Positions 48,208-58,759 of a stretch of 64,000 bases of DNA are shown piece after piece. Within the stretch, counting starts at the first letter, position 1; each line of letters opens with the position of its first letter. Source of the DNA: an uncultured delta proteobacterium (lineage in GTDB: Bacteria > Myxococcota > Kuafuiibacteriia > Kuafuiibacteriales > Kuafuiibacteriaceae); assembly GCA_963803435.1 (NCBI GenBank), contig CAWDML010000001.1:2016001-2080000 (forward strand), written 5' to 3'. Under the pieces are notes generated by a model. That model was not told the DNA's origin, searched no databases, and worked only from the letters and a program-made list of their open reading frames with translations. Position numbers and translations under genes: made by a program.

Positions 48208-49182
48208 GTGAAGGCGATTCGAATCCACTCGACGGGCGGGCCGGAGGTGCTGGCGTGGGAGGAGGTATCGGTGGGAGAGCCGGGGCGCGCCCAGGCTCGC
48301 GTGCGGCACACCGCGGTCGGCCTCAACTTCATCGACGTCTATCATCGCAGCGGACTCTATCCGCTCCCCTCGCTTCCGCACGGGATCGGGATCGAGGCTG
48401 CCGGCGTGGTGGAGGCGATCGGTGAGGACGTGACCGAGGTGAAGCCGGGTCAGCGCGTCGCCTATGCGGGTGGCGCGCCCGGCGCCTATGCGGAGGCGCG
48501 GATCATCGAGGCGAGCCGGCTGGTGCCGCTCCCGGAGAACATCGGCGACGAGCTGGCGGCGGCCGTGCTGCTGAAGGGAATGACGGCCGAGTATCTGATC
48601 CGTCGGACCCATCGCGTCGAGCGCGGCGAGACTGTGCTGTTTCATGCGGCCGCCGGCGGCGTCGGGACCATCGCGACGCAGTGGCTCCGCCATCTGGGCG
48701 CGACCGTGATCGGGACAGTCGGGAGCGAGGCGAAGGCGGAGGTCGCTCGGAAGAACGGGGTCACCCACGCGATCGTCTACACGAAGGAGGACTTCGCGGA
48801 GCGGACGCGGGCGATCACCGGCGGCCAGGGCGTGCCGGTGGTCTACGACTCCGTCGGCAAGTCGACGACGATGCGATCGCTCGACTGTCTCGCGCCCCGC
48901 GGGCTGCTGGTCTCCTTCGGCAACGCCTCAGGAAAGCCGGACCCGCTCGATCTGACGATCCTCTCCGCGAAGGGCTCGCTCTACCTCACGCGCCCGACGA
49001 TGATGACGTACACGGCGCGCCGGGAGGATCTGCTGGCGAGCGCGGCCGCGCTCTTCGAGGTGATCGGGAGCGGCGCGGTCCGGATCGAGGTCAAGCACCG
49101 CTTCCCGCTGGCGAAGGCGGCCGAGGCGCACCGGACGCTGGAGAGCCGCGCGACGACCGGCCCGATCCTGCTGTCGCCCTGA
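48208..49182 (+). CDS. qor: NADPH:quinone oxidoreductase
   Basis: GLNFIDVYHRSG, HAAAGGVG, YDSVG and GSLYLTRP motifs. Confidence 0.93.
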   Translation: MKAIRIHSTGGPEVLAWEEVSVGEPGRAQARVRHTAVGLNFIDVYHRSGLYPLPSLPHGIGIEAAGVVEAIGEDVTEVKPGQRVAYAGGAPGAYAEARIIEASRLVPLPENIGDELAAAVLLKGMTAEYLIRRTHRVERGETVLFHAAAGGVGTIATQWLRHLGATVIGTVGSEAKAEVARKNGVTHAIVYTKEDFAERTRAITGGQGVPVVYDSVGKSTTMRSLDCLAPRGLLVSFGNASGKPDPLDLTILSAKGSLYLTRPTMMTYTARREDLLASAAALFEVIGSGAVRIEVKHRFPLAKAAEAHRTLESRATTGPILLSP

Positions 49183-49249
49183 GCCCGCGACCGCCGGTGC
49201 CTCTCTCGGCGGTCCTCTTCCCTGCGCCCGATGCGCTCACCGCGGCGGA

Positions 49250-50251
49250 TCACGCCGGCTCGATCGCACACGCGGCGAAGTAGCGCGAAAGCCCTTCGTC
49301 AGTGGCGATCGCCGGGCGGTAGTCGAAGTCGCGGCGCGCCTTGTCGTGGCTGAAGAAGTGCGAGGTCCCCAGGATGATGGCGGCCATCCGCGTCAGCGGC
49401 GGCTCCTTCTTGACCGCGAACATCCGGAACGCGCCCTCGAGGGCGGCGCCGAGCGCGAAGGCGGTGGCGAACGAGAGCCGCTTCTCCACCGGCGGTGCAC
49501 CCCGCCCCGCCAGGATGCGGGCCACGAAGTCCCAGAGACGGACCGGCTCGGGGTCGCCGATGAAATACGCCTGCCCGCCCACCGCCGAGCCCGGATCGGC
49601 GAGCGCGTCCTGCGCCGCCAGATGCGCCGCCACGCAGTTGTCGATGTACGTGACGTCGACGCGGTTGGTACCATCGCCGATGCGCGCGATGGTGCCGCGC
49701 TTCGCATTCTCCACCAGCCGCGGCGCGATCTGCGGATCGCCGGGGCCGTAGATGAAGTGGGGACGGATCGCCGCCGTCCGGAGCGCGGGCCCGTTGGCCG
49801 CCAGCACGCGCCGCTCGGCCTCGGCCTTCGAGCGCCCGTAGGGGCTGAGGAAGCGCTCGGGATAGGGCGTGGTCTCGTCGGCGCCCTCGAAGCCGGCCCG
49901 GGTGCCGATCGCGACCGAGGGCGTGCTGGTGTAGAGGAGCCGCGGCACCCCGTGGCGGCGGCAGGCCTCGAGGAGGTTGTCGGTACCGCCCACGTTGGTG
50001 GCCTGATAGCCGGCGTACGGGCCCCAGTAGCCGACCTTGGAGGCCACGTGGAAGACGCAGTCGACGCCGGCGGTCGCGCGATCGACGGCGGCCGGATCGG
50101 CGACGTCGCCCCGGTGCGCCTCGACCCCCCACGCCTCCACGTCGGCGTGCTCGCTGCGGGCCAGGATGCGGACCTGGTCACCGCGATCGAGGAGCGCACG
50201 CACCAGATTCTTGCCCACAAAGCCGCCGCCGCCGGTGACCAGGGCCTTCAT
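49250..50251 (-). CDS. oleD: 2-alkyl-3-oxoalkanoate reductase (3-beta-HSD-like)
   Basis: TGGGGFVG, YTSTPS, YGRSK and RPHFIYGPGD motifs; last gene of the ole operon. Confidence 0.85.
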   Translation of the reverse strand: MKALVTGGGGFVGKNLVRALLDRGDQVRILARSEHADVEAWGVEAHRGDVADPAAVDRATAGVDCVFHVASKVGYWGPYAGYQATNVGGTDNLLEACRRHGVPRLLYTSTPSVAIGTRAGFEGADETTPYPERFLSPYGRSKAEAERRVLAANGPALRTAAIRPHFIYGPGDPQIAPRLVENAKRGTIARIGDGTNRVDVTYIDNCVAAHLAAQDALADPGSAVGGQAYFIGDPEPVRLWDFVARILAGRGAPPVEKRLSFATAFALGAALEGAFRMFAVKKEPPLTRMAAIILGTSHFFSHDKARRDFDYRPAIATDEGLSRYFAACAIEPA

Positions 50252-51942
50252 CGCGACAGCACCCGTTCGGCCCAGACCGCCAGATCCTCACGGCGGATCT
50301 TCGCGTTGTGCCGCGCGTCCACCGGGAAGCTGGGGTGGAACAGCACCGCGTCGATCGTCCGGGTCAGCTCGCTCTTCTTACCCAGCGCCAGCAACTCTTC
50401 GGTGAGGAGCGCGCGCTCGCCGGCGCTCCGCGGGCGCTGGTGCGGGCGGCACTCCACCACGATCACCGGGCGCTGGTCGCCGCGCGGTCCGATCCCGACC
50501 AGCGCCGAGCGGAACACGCGCGGGTGCGCGTTGAAGATCGCCTCGCAGCAGACCGTGTACATGGCCCCGGCCGCCGTCTCCACACGGTGCGACTTGCGTC
50601 CGCAGAACCAGAGGCGACCGTCGGAGTCGAGGTAGCCGAGGTCGCCCATGCGGTGCCAGACGCGGACGCCGTCCGTGATCTTGGAGCGCGCGGTGTCGGC
50701 GTCACGGCGGAAGTACGCCTTGGTGGAGACCGGACCGTGCACGGTGATCTCGCCGATCTCGCCGGGGCCCAGACGCTCCGCTTGCTCCATGGTGGCGATG
50801 GGATCGTCCGTGATGCGGAGGATCCGGACCTCGAGCTCCGAGATGGGCCGGCCCACGCAGGTGCCCTCGCCCCGCTCGGTCCGCCGCGCCGGACCCTGCA
50901 GCAGCGTGCGCGCCGAGGGGAAGGTGATCGGCAGGCACTCGGTGGCGCCGTAGGGCGTGAAGACGTCGGCGCTCTCCGGCATGATGCGGAGCAGCCGCTC
51001 GAGCAGCGCGGGTGCCGCCGGCGCGCCCGCCATCAGGATCCGCGTGAGGCTCTCGAGCCGGTGGTTCTTGGCCTCGCAATGCTCGCCGACCCGGTTCCAG
51101 AAGGCGGGCGAGCCGAACGCGTAGGTGACACCGTGATCCTCGATCGCCATCGCGATCTTCTCCGCGTCCACCTCCGCTGCGCGTGTCGGATCCATGTCGG
51201 GGATGATCACGGTGACGCCCAACGCCACCGAGAAGAGCGAGAAGAGCGGGAAGGCCGAGAGGTCCACCTCGCCCGGCTCGATGGCGAAGTCCTTCTCGAA
51301 GATGCGGACCTGCGCGTCGAAGATCCCGTGGGTGTACACCGCGCCCTTGGGAGGGCCGGTGCTCCCGGAGGTGAACAGGATGGCGGCGCTATCCTCGGGC
51401 TTGGTGGCGGCCGAGCGGAAGCGGCCCTCGCTGCCCAGCGCCAGCACGTCGGCGAGGGTGGTGCGGCCGAACCAGGTCTTCGGGCCCACCAGCACCGCGA
51501 TCTTCACCGAGCGAAAGGCCCGCCGGAAGAGGACGCGGGCCAGGTGCGACTTGGCGATGCCGATGAGCGCGTCGGGCTCCACCTCGGCGATCGCGCCGAT
51601 CACGTTCCTCCGTCCCATCGCCGGATCGAGCAGCACCGGGATCGCGCCCATGCGAAAGAGCGCGAAGGTCAAAGCGAAGAAGTCGAGCGACGGCTTCACC
51701 ATCAACAGCACGCGCATCCCGCGCCGTACGCCGATGGCCTCGAGGCCGCTGGCCGCGCGATCGATCGTTCGATCGAGCTGCGCGAAGGTGAGGTGCGCGT
51801 AGGCCCGGTGCCCGTCGGGATCTCTACCGGCCGGCGCGATCACCGCCTTGGCGTGGGGGCGGAGCTCGGCCTGGAGCCGCATGCGATCGGCGATGTTGAG
51901 GAGGCCCGCCGTCTTGGGCGCCTCGATCGCCGACTGGCTCAC
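50248..51942 (-). CDS. oleC: Olefin beta-lactone synthetase (ANL family)
   Basis: FTSGSTGPPKG, TPYGATE, HRMGD, FCGRKSHRV and PVDARHNAKI motifs. Confidence 0.9.
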   Translation of the reverse strand: MSQSAIEAPKTAGLLNIADRMRLQAELRPHAKAVIAPAGRDPDGHRAYAHLTFAQLDRTIDRAASGLEAIGVRRGMRVLLMVKPSLDFFALTFALFRMGAIPVLLDPAMGRRNVIGAIAEVEPDALIGIAKSHLARVLFRRAFRSVKIAVLVGPKTWFGRTTLADVLALGSEGRFRSAATKPEDSAAILFTSGSTGPPKGAVYTHGIFDAQVRIFEKDFAIEPGEVDLSAFPLFSLFSVALGVTVIIPDMDPTRAAEVDAEKIAMAIEDHGVTYAFGSPAFWNRVGEHCEAKNHRLESLTRILMAGAPAAPALLERLLRIMPESADVFTPYGATECLPITFPSARTLLQGPARRTERGEGTCVGRPISELEVRILRITDDPIATMEQAERLGPGEIGEITVHGPVSTKAYFRRDADTARSKITDGVRVWHRMGDLGYLDSDGRLWFCGRKSHRVETAAGAMYTVCCEAIFNAHPRVFRSALVGIGPRGDQRPVIVVECRPHQRPRSAGERALLTEELLALGKKSELTRTIDAVLFHPSFPVDARHNAKIRREDLAVWAERVLSR

Positions 51943-52814
51943 GCGGCGCTCTCCCCCAGGAACTCCCGCAGATGGGGAAGGATCCGCTCGTGGGCGTCCT
52001 CGAGCACGTAGTGGCCGGCGTCGACGAAGTAGTGCGTGACGGCCCGCGGGAAGCGGCGCTTCCACTCGCCGTAAAACCAGTCGTCGAAGACGAAGTCCTT
52101 GGCGCCCCAGCAGATCAGCATCGGGTGATCGGCGAACCGCTGGAGGCCCTCGCCGATCTCGACGAGGAGCGGATAGCCGGGATGCCGCGCGCCCGTCGGG
52201 ATGTCCTGCACGAAGCGCAGGTTGGCGACTCGGTTCTTCCACGAGTCGTACGGGAACAGATAGCCCTCCTCGATCTCGGGCGTGAGCCGCTCCTTGTGGA
52301 CCACGCAGCTCATGAGCGCGCCGCGCGCGAAGGCGTTGAAGCCGCGGATGGCCAGCGCGCCGAAGACGGGGACGCGGCACAGTCCGATCGCCCAGGGCAT
52401 CTTGTCGGCGGGGAAGGCGGCGGTGTTGAAGATGACGAAGCGCTCGGCCAGCTCGGGACGCCGCACGGCCAGGCCCATGCCGATGGCGCCGCCCCAGTCG
52501 TGGAGCACGAACGTGGCGGAGCGGAGCTCGAGGTGATCGACCAGCGCGGAGAGGTTCTCGATGTGATGGTCGAGCGTGTATGCGTAGTCCTGCGGCTTGT
52601 CGGAGAGCCCGCAGCCCAGGTGGTCAGGCGCGATCACGCGGTGCCGGCCGGCCAGGCCCTTGATCAGGTTCCGGTAGTAGAACGACCAGGTGGGGTTGCC
52701 GTGGAGCATGATCAGCGCCGGCGCCTCGCGCGGTCCTTCGTCGAGGTAGTGCATGCGGCCGGCGGGCAGCTCGGCGAAGCGGCTCTCGAACGGATAGTGG
52801 TCGCGGTAGCTCAC
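51939..52814 (-). CDS. oleB: Beta-lactone decarboxylase (haloalkane dehalogenase-like)
   Basis: HGNPTWSFYYR, HDWGG, RFVQDIP and AGHYVLEDA motifs. Confidence 0.9.
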   Translation of the reverse strand: MSYRDHYPFESRFAELPAGRMHYLDEGPREAPALIMLHGNPTWSFYYRNLIKGLAGRHRVIAPDHLGCGLSDKPQDYAYTLDHHIENLSALVDHLELRSATFVLHDWGGAIGMGLAVRRPELAERFVIFNTAAFPADKMPWAIGLCRVPVFGALAIRGFNAFARGALMSCVVHKERLTPEIEEGYLFPYDSWKNRVANLRFVQDIPTGARHPGYPLLVEIGEGLQRFADHPMLICWGAKDFVFDDWFYGEWKRRFPRAVTHYFVDAGHYVLEDAHERILPHLREFLGESAA

Positions 52815-53858
52815 CACTTCACCCCCATCATCAGGCAGGAGAGCCCGCTGCCGATGCCGAGGAGCGCCACCGTCTGGCCGGCGCTGACGAAGCCGGCCTC
52901 GGCGGCGAGACCCAGCGAGATCGGGAGCGACACCGAGCCGACGTTCCCCAGGCGATCGTAGGTGACGTAGCCGCGGGCTGGATCGAGCGCGAGCGCGGCG
53001 AAGAGCGCGGCGTGGTGGCCCTTCCCCACCTGGTGCGTGATCACGCGATCGGGCGCGGCGATGCCGGTGGCCTCCACGAACCCCGGCCAGGTGCGCCCGG
53101 CCAGCGACACGCCCGCGTGAAGCAGCGCCTCGCTGTCGGTCGACATCGTGAGCGCGGTGGCATCGCCCACGCCGGTGTCGCCGCCCTCGATCCCGCCCCG
53201 GCAAAGGCGGTGGTGCTCGGTCGCGGAGCGGACAGCGGCGCCCAGCAGCCGGTGGCCAGGCGCGAGGTCGGCGCGCGCCAGCACCAGGGCGGCCGCGCCG
53301 GCGCCGATCGTCAGCGAGGCGATCGAGTCCTTGATGCTCGTCCGGGAGATCGCGGGATCGGCGAGGAGCGCCGCGATCGTCGACTCCACCAGCGGCTTGC
53401 CGTTCTCACCAGCCACCACCAGCGCCGCCTCGATCTGGTGAAGCTCGATCATATTGGCCGCCACCGTCACCGCGTTCATGGCGCCCAGGCACGCGTTCGA
53501 GAGATCGAAGAGCACGCACGACGGTGCGAGGCCGAGCGCCTCGTGCACCACGTTGGCGGTGGCGGGCTCGAGGAAGTCGCGGCATACGCTGGCGTGGATC
53601 AGGCAGCCGATCCGGGCGGGATCGATCCCGCTCCGCTCGAGCGCCTGCGCACCGGCCCGCGCCGCGATCGCGCTCGGCGCCACTGGATCGGGCCAGAAGC
53701 GCCTCTCGCGGATCCCCGTCATCAGCTCGAGTCGACCGGGGTGGAGACCGATCCGCTGGTAGACCGGCGCCAGGCGATCTTCGAGCGCCTCCGAGGTCCA
53801 GACCTCGGGCCCCAGAATCCCACCCGAGCCCGGCGATCGAGACCTTGGTCCAGCGCAT
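52811..53858 (-). CDS. oleA: OleA thiolase-type acyl-CoA condensing enzyme (frameshift near 53820)
   Basis: MRWTKVSIAGLG in one frame; LELMTGIRERR, FLEPATA, NACLG, THQVG and GIGSGL in the other. Confidence 0.9.
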
Positions 53859-54166
53859 GGCTCCGTCCCAATACTGGCCGCACGAGGCCGAAGCAAGGTC
53901 GCGTTGTGAGCCGCTTCTACGCCCGATTCATTGATCTTTTATCGGTTGGTGATCGATCGCGGGTCGGCGATCGGATCGCGGTGCGTTGCGCCGGCCCCCG
54001 ACCGCCTCTCGAATGCTGCCGCCCTTGAGCCGGTCCCCCTGGACACGATCCTTCTCCTCGCCGCGGAGCCGCAGCGCGCCGACTCATGTGGTTCGCCCTC
54101 CGACCCGGAGTGACCGCGTGGGCAGACCGTTGGTCAAGTGCGCGCTCGTACGATACGATTCGCCTG

Positions 54167-54967
54167 ATGCGGTCGGCCGTCATCCTCGGGCTCTTCCTGG
54201 TCGCCTGCACCAGCCGCGGGCCTGGCCAGGCGGTCTCGACCCTCGTGAGGCTCCCGCCGAACGACGATCGCACCCTCTTCGCAGTGATCAATCTCGCCGA
54301 CTCGGTGGCCCCCGAGGATCGCTACGGCCGCCTCGGTAACGTCCCCCGCCTCGGTGGGCCGATGCTCGAGGTGGTCGCGGTCGAGCCGTACGTGATCTCG
54401 TTCAAACCCAGCGCGTTCAACGGCGTCACCGGCCCGGAGCTGGTCTACGCCGGCGGGCCCTCGGTCCTGCGCGACGGCCTGGACGCCCTCCACCTCCCGC
54501 CGGCCGAGGCGGTGTTCACCGTGGAGGCGGGCGAGCTGGTCCCCGCGGACGCGCCGGAGAGCATGCGCGATCTCCGGGTCCCTTGCGATGGCAGCCGCGC
54601 CGCCACCCGTCCCAACGTCGAGGAGGATCCCGTGCCGCGCTGCGCGGTCGAGGATGCCGCCGTGGTGATCACCTGCGCCAAGCTGGCCGCCTCGCCGACG
54701 CTTCGTCACCTGCAGAGCGGAGGGCGTGAGCTACCGGTGACGATGACGCAGGAGGGATGCCGCGTCGATTTCGTCTGCCGTGACGAGCAGGACTGCGCGC
54801 CCGGCTTCCCGCTCCGCGCCATCCTCCCGCCGCGCGCCGTCGGCAGCGGCGATGCGGCGCTCGTCGAGCTGTTCAGCGTCGTGGATCCCAGCCTGCGCTG
54901 CGGGCGGACCGAGACCGATCCACCCACGTTCGCGTGCCCGGACAGCACCTGGACGCTCCTGCCCTGA
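54167..54967 (+). CDS. Hypothetical Cys-containing lipoprotein
   Basis: Lipobox LVAC; no recognised domain. Confidence 0.6.
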   Translation: MRSAVILGLFLVACTSRGPGQAVSTLVRLPPNDDRTLFAVINLADSVAPEDRYGRLGNVPRLGGPMLEVVAVEPYVISFKPSAFNGVTGPELVYAGGPSVLRDGLDALHLPPAEAVFTVEAGELVPADAPESMRDLRVPCDGSRAATRPNVEEDPVPRCAVEDAAVVITCAKLAASPTLRHLQSGGRELPVTMTQEGCRVDFVCRDEQDCAPGFPLRAILPPRAVGSGDAALVELFSVVDPSLRCGRTETDPPTFACPDSTWTLLP

Positions 54968-54968
54968 G

Positions 54969-55979
54969 CTACCGGCTTCCGGCGCCGTACCAGTACTGAA
55001 GCACGGCAGCGGCGGGCTTGTTGCGCGGCGTGTAGCTCTGGTCGTCGGCCCCGCCGAAGCCGAACCAGTTCCACACGAAGAGCCCGGCGAGGCGACGATC
55101 GTCGTGCCAGGTACGGAAGAGCGCGCGGTAGCATGCGAGCTGGAGCTGGAGATCCGGCGCGGCGTGCCGGTACTCCCAAGGACGCACGGCGCCGTAGGTC
55201 GACGAGGGATAGCCGACCTCGGTGAAGAGGTAGTGAAGGTCGTGCATCGAGGCGAAGCTGGTGAGGCGCGCCTTGAACGGCAGGAACCCGGCGGCGAGCG
55301 TCACGTCGTCTCGGACCTCGGCGGTGCGCGCAAGCGGCTGATAGGCGGTCACGCCCATGACGTCGAGCGCGTCCCAGAACGCGATCGGTTCGAAGTGATC
55401 CCAGTTCGCGGAGTAGGTGAGCTGGCCGCCGTACGTCGCCCGGACCGAGGCGATCAACGCGCGCCACCGGGCTCGGTCCTGCTCCATGCTGACCAGCTCG
55501 CTTCCAACCGAGAAGAGGTCGACCCGGGTCGCGGCGGCAAGCGCGGCGTAGTGCAGGATGAACGCCTGGTACGACCGCCACCATTCGTCACGATCGCCCG
55601 GCGCGAGCGTTCCCCGCCACTCTCGACCCCGGCGGTGACGCAGTCGGAGGATCGGCATCAGGAACACCCGAAGCCCGCGCGCCTCGGAGTCGCCGATCAC
55701 GTGGGCGAGGAGCGCATCGCTCGCCGTCGAGGCGTCGGGTGCGATGGTGCTCGAGCGGATGTCGCCCATCGTCCACTCCACCACAATCTGCACATCCGTA
55801 GCGCCGAGCGCCCTCATCTCGTCGAGCAGGGTCCGGTAGATCGCTCGCTGCTCGTCGGGATCCGGCGTGCTTGCGAACATCCCCAGGGAGACTCCGCGGC
55901 GAAACTCGAGGGGGCGCGCCGCCGGCGCAGGCAAATCCCGCACCGCGTCGGGCTTCGTGCACGCCGATCCGCAGGTCAC
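54969..55979 (-). CDS. GH113-like TIM-barrel glycoside hydrolase; start uncertain
   Basis: WRG, VGSEL, TYSANWD, AYQPL, FTEVGY and W.W motifs. Confidence 0.8.
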   Translation of the reverse strand: MTCGSACTKPDAVRDLPAPAARPLEFRRGVSLGMFASTPDPDEQRAIYRTLLDEMRALGATDVQIVVEWTMGDIRSSTIAPDASTASDALLAHVIGDSEARGLRVFLMPILRLRHRRGREWRGTLAPGDRDEWWRSYQAFILHYAALAAATRVDLFSVGSELVSMEQDRARWRALIASVRATYGGQLTYSANWDHFEPIAFWDALDVMGVTAYQPLARTAEVRDDVTLAAGFLPFKARLTSFASMHDLHYLFTEVGYPSSTYGAVRPWEYRHAAPDLQLQLACYRALFRTWHDDRRLAGLFVWNWFGFGGADDQSYTPRNKPAAAVLQYWYGAGSR

Positions 55980-56037
55980 GAGCAGCAGAAGTGCAAGGCG
56001 CTTTGCGATGGTCTGATCGTAGAAGTAATCTGCTTCA

Positions 56038-56980
56038 ATGCAACGCCTGCCCCTCGCGTTCCTCGCCTTGGCTTCGTTCGGATGCGATTCGGGAGTCGGC
56101 GGCCGGACGCTCCCCGACGGCGGAGGGGATCGAGGACATGGGCGTCCTCGAGGTGCCCGACTCCGGCGCGATCGACAAGCCCGACAGCGGCCCTCCCGCG
56201 TGTGTCGACCTCACCGTGTTCGGGGACGCGGACGGCAATCAGTACGGAGTCTCCACCGACACGCTCTCCGTCTGTCTTCGCTCGGGAGAGGAGGAGCCGG
56301 GATATTCGCGCCAGGCCGGTGACTGCAAGCCGACCGATCCGTGGGCGAACCCGTCGGCGCCCGAGATCTGCAACGACTACTATGACGACAACTGCGACGA
56401 CGTGGACGAGGCGTGCCCCACCACCAACGAGGCCATGCTCGACGTTCCGGCGTGGGATTGCCTCGGCAGCTCGATCCCGAGCAACGTGTACGCGTACGCG
56501 CTCTTCGCCGACGGTGGGACGTACTTCCACCCGAACGGCTGCTTCGTCTTTTTCGAGGGCCTCCCCAACGAGTTCTATGTCCAGCGCCTGAGCTTCACTC
56601 CGGTGAGCACCGACGCGAGCTGCACCCAGATCAACGGCTGCGTCTGCCCCAGCTCACCGAGCTATGACCGGCGCATGTACGCAGTGACCAAGAGCGACGT
56701 CGTCGATCCATGCACCCAGCTCTCCATCATCGATCACGGGGGCGAGACCCAGCCGGTCTCGACCGACTGCCGCAAGTTCCTCTATCAGATGCACTGGCCG
56801 ACGATGCCTCCGCCGCCGTACTCTTACGTCGCAGGCAGCCTCGAGGCGCTCGACCGCCGCATCACGTTGTATCCGATCGTCGAGATCGTCTGCGCCAACA
56901 ATCCACCGAACGGCTTCCTCCCCTTCGCGAGCCTGCTCTCCACGCCGATCCAGAAGAACCCCGGCTTCGCGAAGAAGTGA
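56038..56980 (+). CDS. Cys-rich MopE-type lipoprotein (frameshift near 56125)
   Basis: Lipobox ASFGC in one frame; DC.....NPSAPEICND..DDNCD..DE in the other. Confidence 0.7.
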
Positions 56981-56983
56981 GCG

Positions 56984-57826
56984 ATGCGCCCCGCACGGAT
57001 CGCTCTCGCCGCCCTCTCGCTCTCGGTCGCGCCGAGCTCGGCGTGGGCCGGCCCGTGGACGAAGAGTCTGGGAGAGGTCTACCTCAAGCTCTCGGAGAGC
57101 GTGTTCCTGGCGGGAGAGTTCGTGGATCCGCGCACCAGCCGGGTCGTGGGTCTCACCGACGACATCTCGCACGAGAGCTTCACCACCGCGATCTACTTGG
57201 AGGCAGGCATCTTCGATCGGCTGCATCTGCAGCTCTATCTCCCGTGGACGGCCGGGCTCAATGACTTCCAGGGTACCGCGCGCTACCTGTCGCTCGGGTT
57301 CGGCGATCTGGTCGCAGGCCTGCAGTGGTCTAGCCCCTGGATCCCGTTCCCGCACGCGATCCGGGCCGAGGTGAAGGTACCGCTCTACGACATCGCCGAT
57401 CCGAAGGGCTTCGAGGGTGTCCGGTTCCCGGCGCGCGGCGACGGTCAGGTCGATGCCACCCTGTGGCTCTCAGCCGGAGCCTCCCTCTCGGAGGTCCCGA
57501 TCTACCTCTACGGAGAGATTGGACATCGCTTCCGCACGGAGCTCTACGTGGGCGAAGGGGACGACCTCAGATTCTCCGACTCCTTCGTCTTCTTGGGGCA
57601 GATCGGCTGGACCACGCCGATCACCCTCTTGGTCGCGGCCTCCGTCAACGGCGTGGTCCCGTACGCCGCGGACGAGGTCACCAAGGGCTATGTGAACGTC
57701 GGCGGATCGCTGTTCCTGCCGATCGTGGGTGGCCTCTCGGTCGAAGCGAGCGTGGACGGAACGGCGTGGGCGCGGGCCAGCTCGCGCGGAGTGTCCATCA
57801 GCGCCGGGATGTCGTACCGGATGTGA
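56984..57826 (+). CDS. Putative outer-membrane beta-barrel protein
   Basis: Signal peptide ending AWA, then GPWT, GFGD and GDGQVD motifs and amphipathic strands. Confidence 0.7.
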   Translation: MRPARIALAALSLSVAPSSAWAGPWTKSLGEVYLKLSESVFLAGEFVDPRTSRVVGLTDDISHESFTTAIYLEAGIFDRLHLQLYLPWTAGLNDFQGTARYLSLGFGDLVAGLQWSSPWIPFPHAIRAEVKVPLYDIADPKGFEGVRFPARGDGQVDATLWLSAGASLSEVPIYLYGEIGHRFRTELYVGEGDDLRFSDSFVFLGQIGWTTPITLLVAASVNGVVPYAADEVTKGYVNVGGSLFLPIVGGLSVEASVDGTAWARASSRGVSISAGMSYRM

Positions 57827-57843
57827 AGCGAGGTGCATGAAGC

Positions 57844-58749
57844 ATGAAGCGATGGATCCTGCCCCTCCTCCTCGTCGCCTGCGCCGACTACGTCCACTAC
57901 GACGGAGACGGCCCGGGAGGCTTCGTCGGGAGCGGCTCGCTCGACGAGGAGACGCGAACGAAGCTCGCGATGGCCGATCACCTGGATCACCTGCTGCTCC
58001 GCAGTCTGGCCGGCCGGTTCGTGGTCGCGACCGATCCGGACCAGGTCTACTTCGACTACGACGCGCTCTCCGCGAGCGACGAGGGCAAGCTGCTCCTCGA
58101 CCAGTACCTGGCGGTGCTCGACCTGGTCAGCGCCGATCAGCTACGGGACGGGCCTGAGCGCCTCGCGTACTGGATCAACGGGTACAACGCCGCGGTGATC
58201 CGCGGAGTGATCGGCACCTATGGCGGCGACCCCACCTACTCGGTGAGCGCCGGGGGCTTCGTCTTTTTCGACACCCCGAGCTTCAGCTTCGGCGGGGAGG
58301 TGCTGAGCCTCAACCAGATCGAGCATGCGATCATCCGCGGCGACGAGACGCACGACGCCTTCACGCGCTCGTCTCCCGAGCAGCAAGGTCGACTCCGTGA
58401 GCTCCACGCGTCCCTCTTCGAGGGCGGCCCGGTCGATGCTCGCGTGCACTTGGCGCTCAACTGTGGCTCGCTCTCCTGCCCCAACCTGCTCGGCGCCGAT
58501 CCGTACGTCTTCCGCCCAGAGACGCTGGACGCGCAGCTCGAGGCCGCGAGCGACGCCTTCGTCGAGAACGCGATCAAAGGGGCGGGACCAGACGGCGTCT
58601 CCCAGATCTTCGACTGGTACGCCGAAGACTTCGAGACCGAGTACGGGAACGCCGCCGGCTTCATCCAGCGGCATCGCGAACACGGCCTGACCGGCGTGAA
58701 CCTCGATCGATTCATCACCTACGACTGGTCGCTCAACATCGCCCGGTGA
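57844..58749 (+). CDS. DUF547 domain lipoprotein
   Basis: LAYWINGYNA, SLNQIEH, HLALNCGSLSCP, SQIFDWY and YDWSLN motifs. Confidence 0.9.
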   Translation: MKRWILPLLLVACADYVHYDGDGPGGFVGSGSLDEETRTKLAMADHLDHLLLRSLAGRFVVATDPDQVYFDYDALSASDEGKLLLDQYLAVLDLVSADQLRDGPERLAYWINGYNAAVIRGVIGTYGGDPTYSVSAGGFVFFDTPSFSFGGEVLSLNQIEHAIIRGDETHDAFTRSSPEQQGRLRELHASLFEGGPVDARVHLALNCGSLSCPNLLGADPYVFRPETLDAQLEAASDAFVENAIKGAGPDGVSQIFDWYAEDFETEYGNAAGFIQRHREHGLTGVNLDRFITYDWSLNIAR

Positions 58750-58759
58750 TTCGGCCGCT

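Noticed and set aside
53860-54160. Long intergenic region upstream of oleA, possible riboswitch
   Set aside because: No recognisable aptamer motif or convincing terminator.
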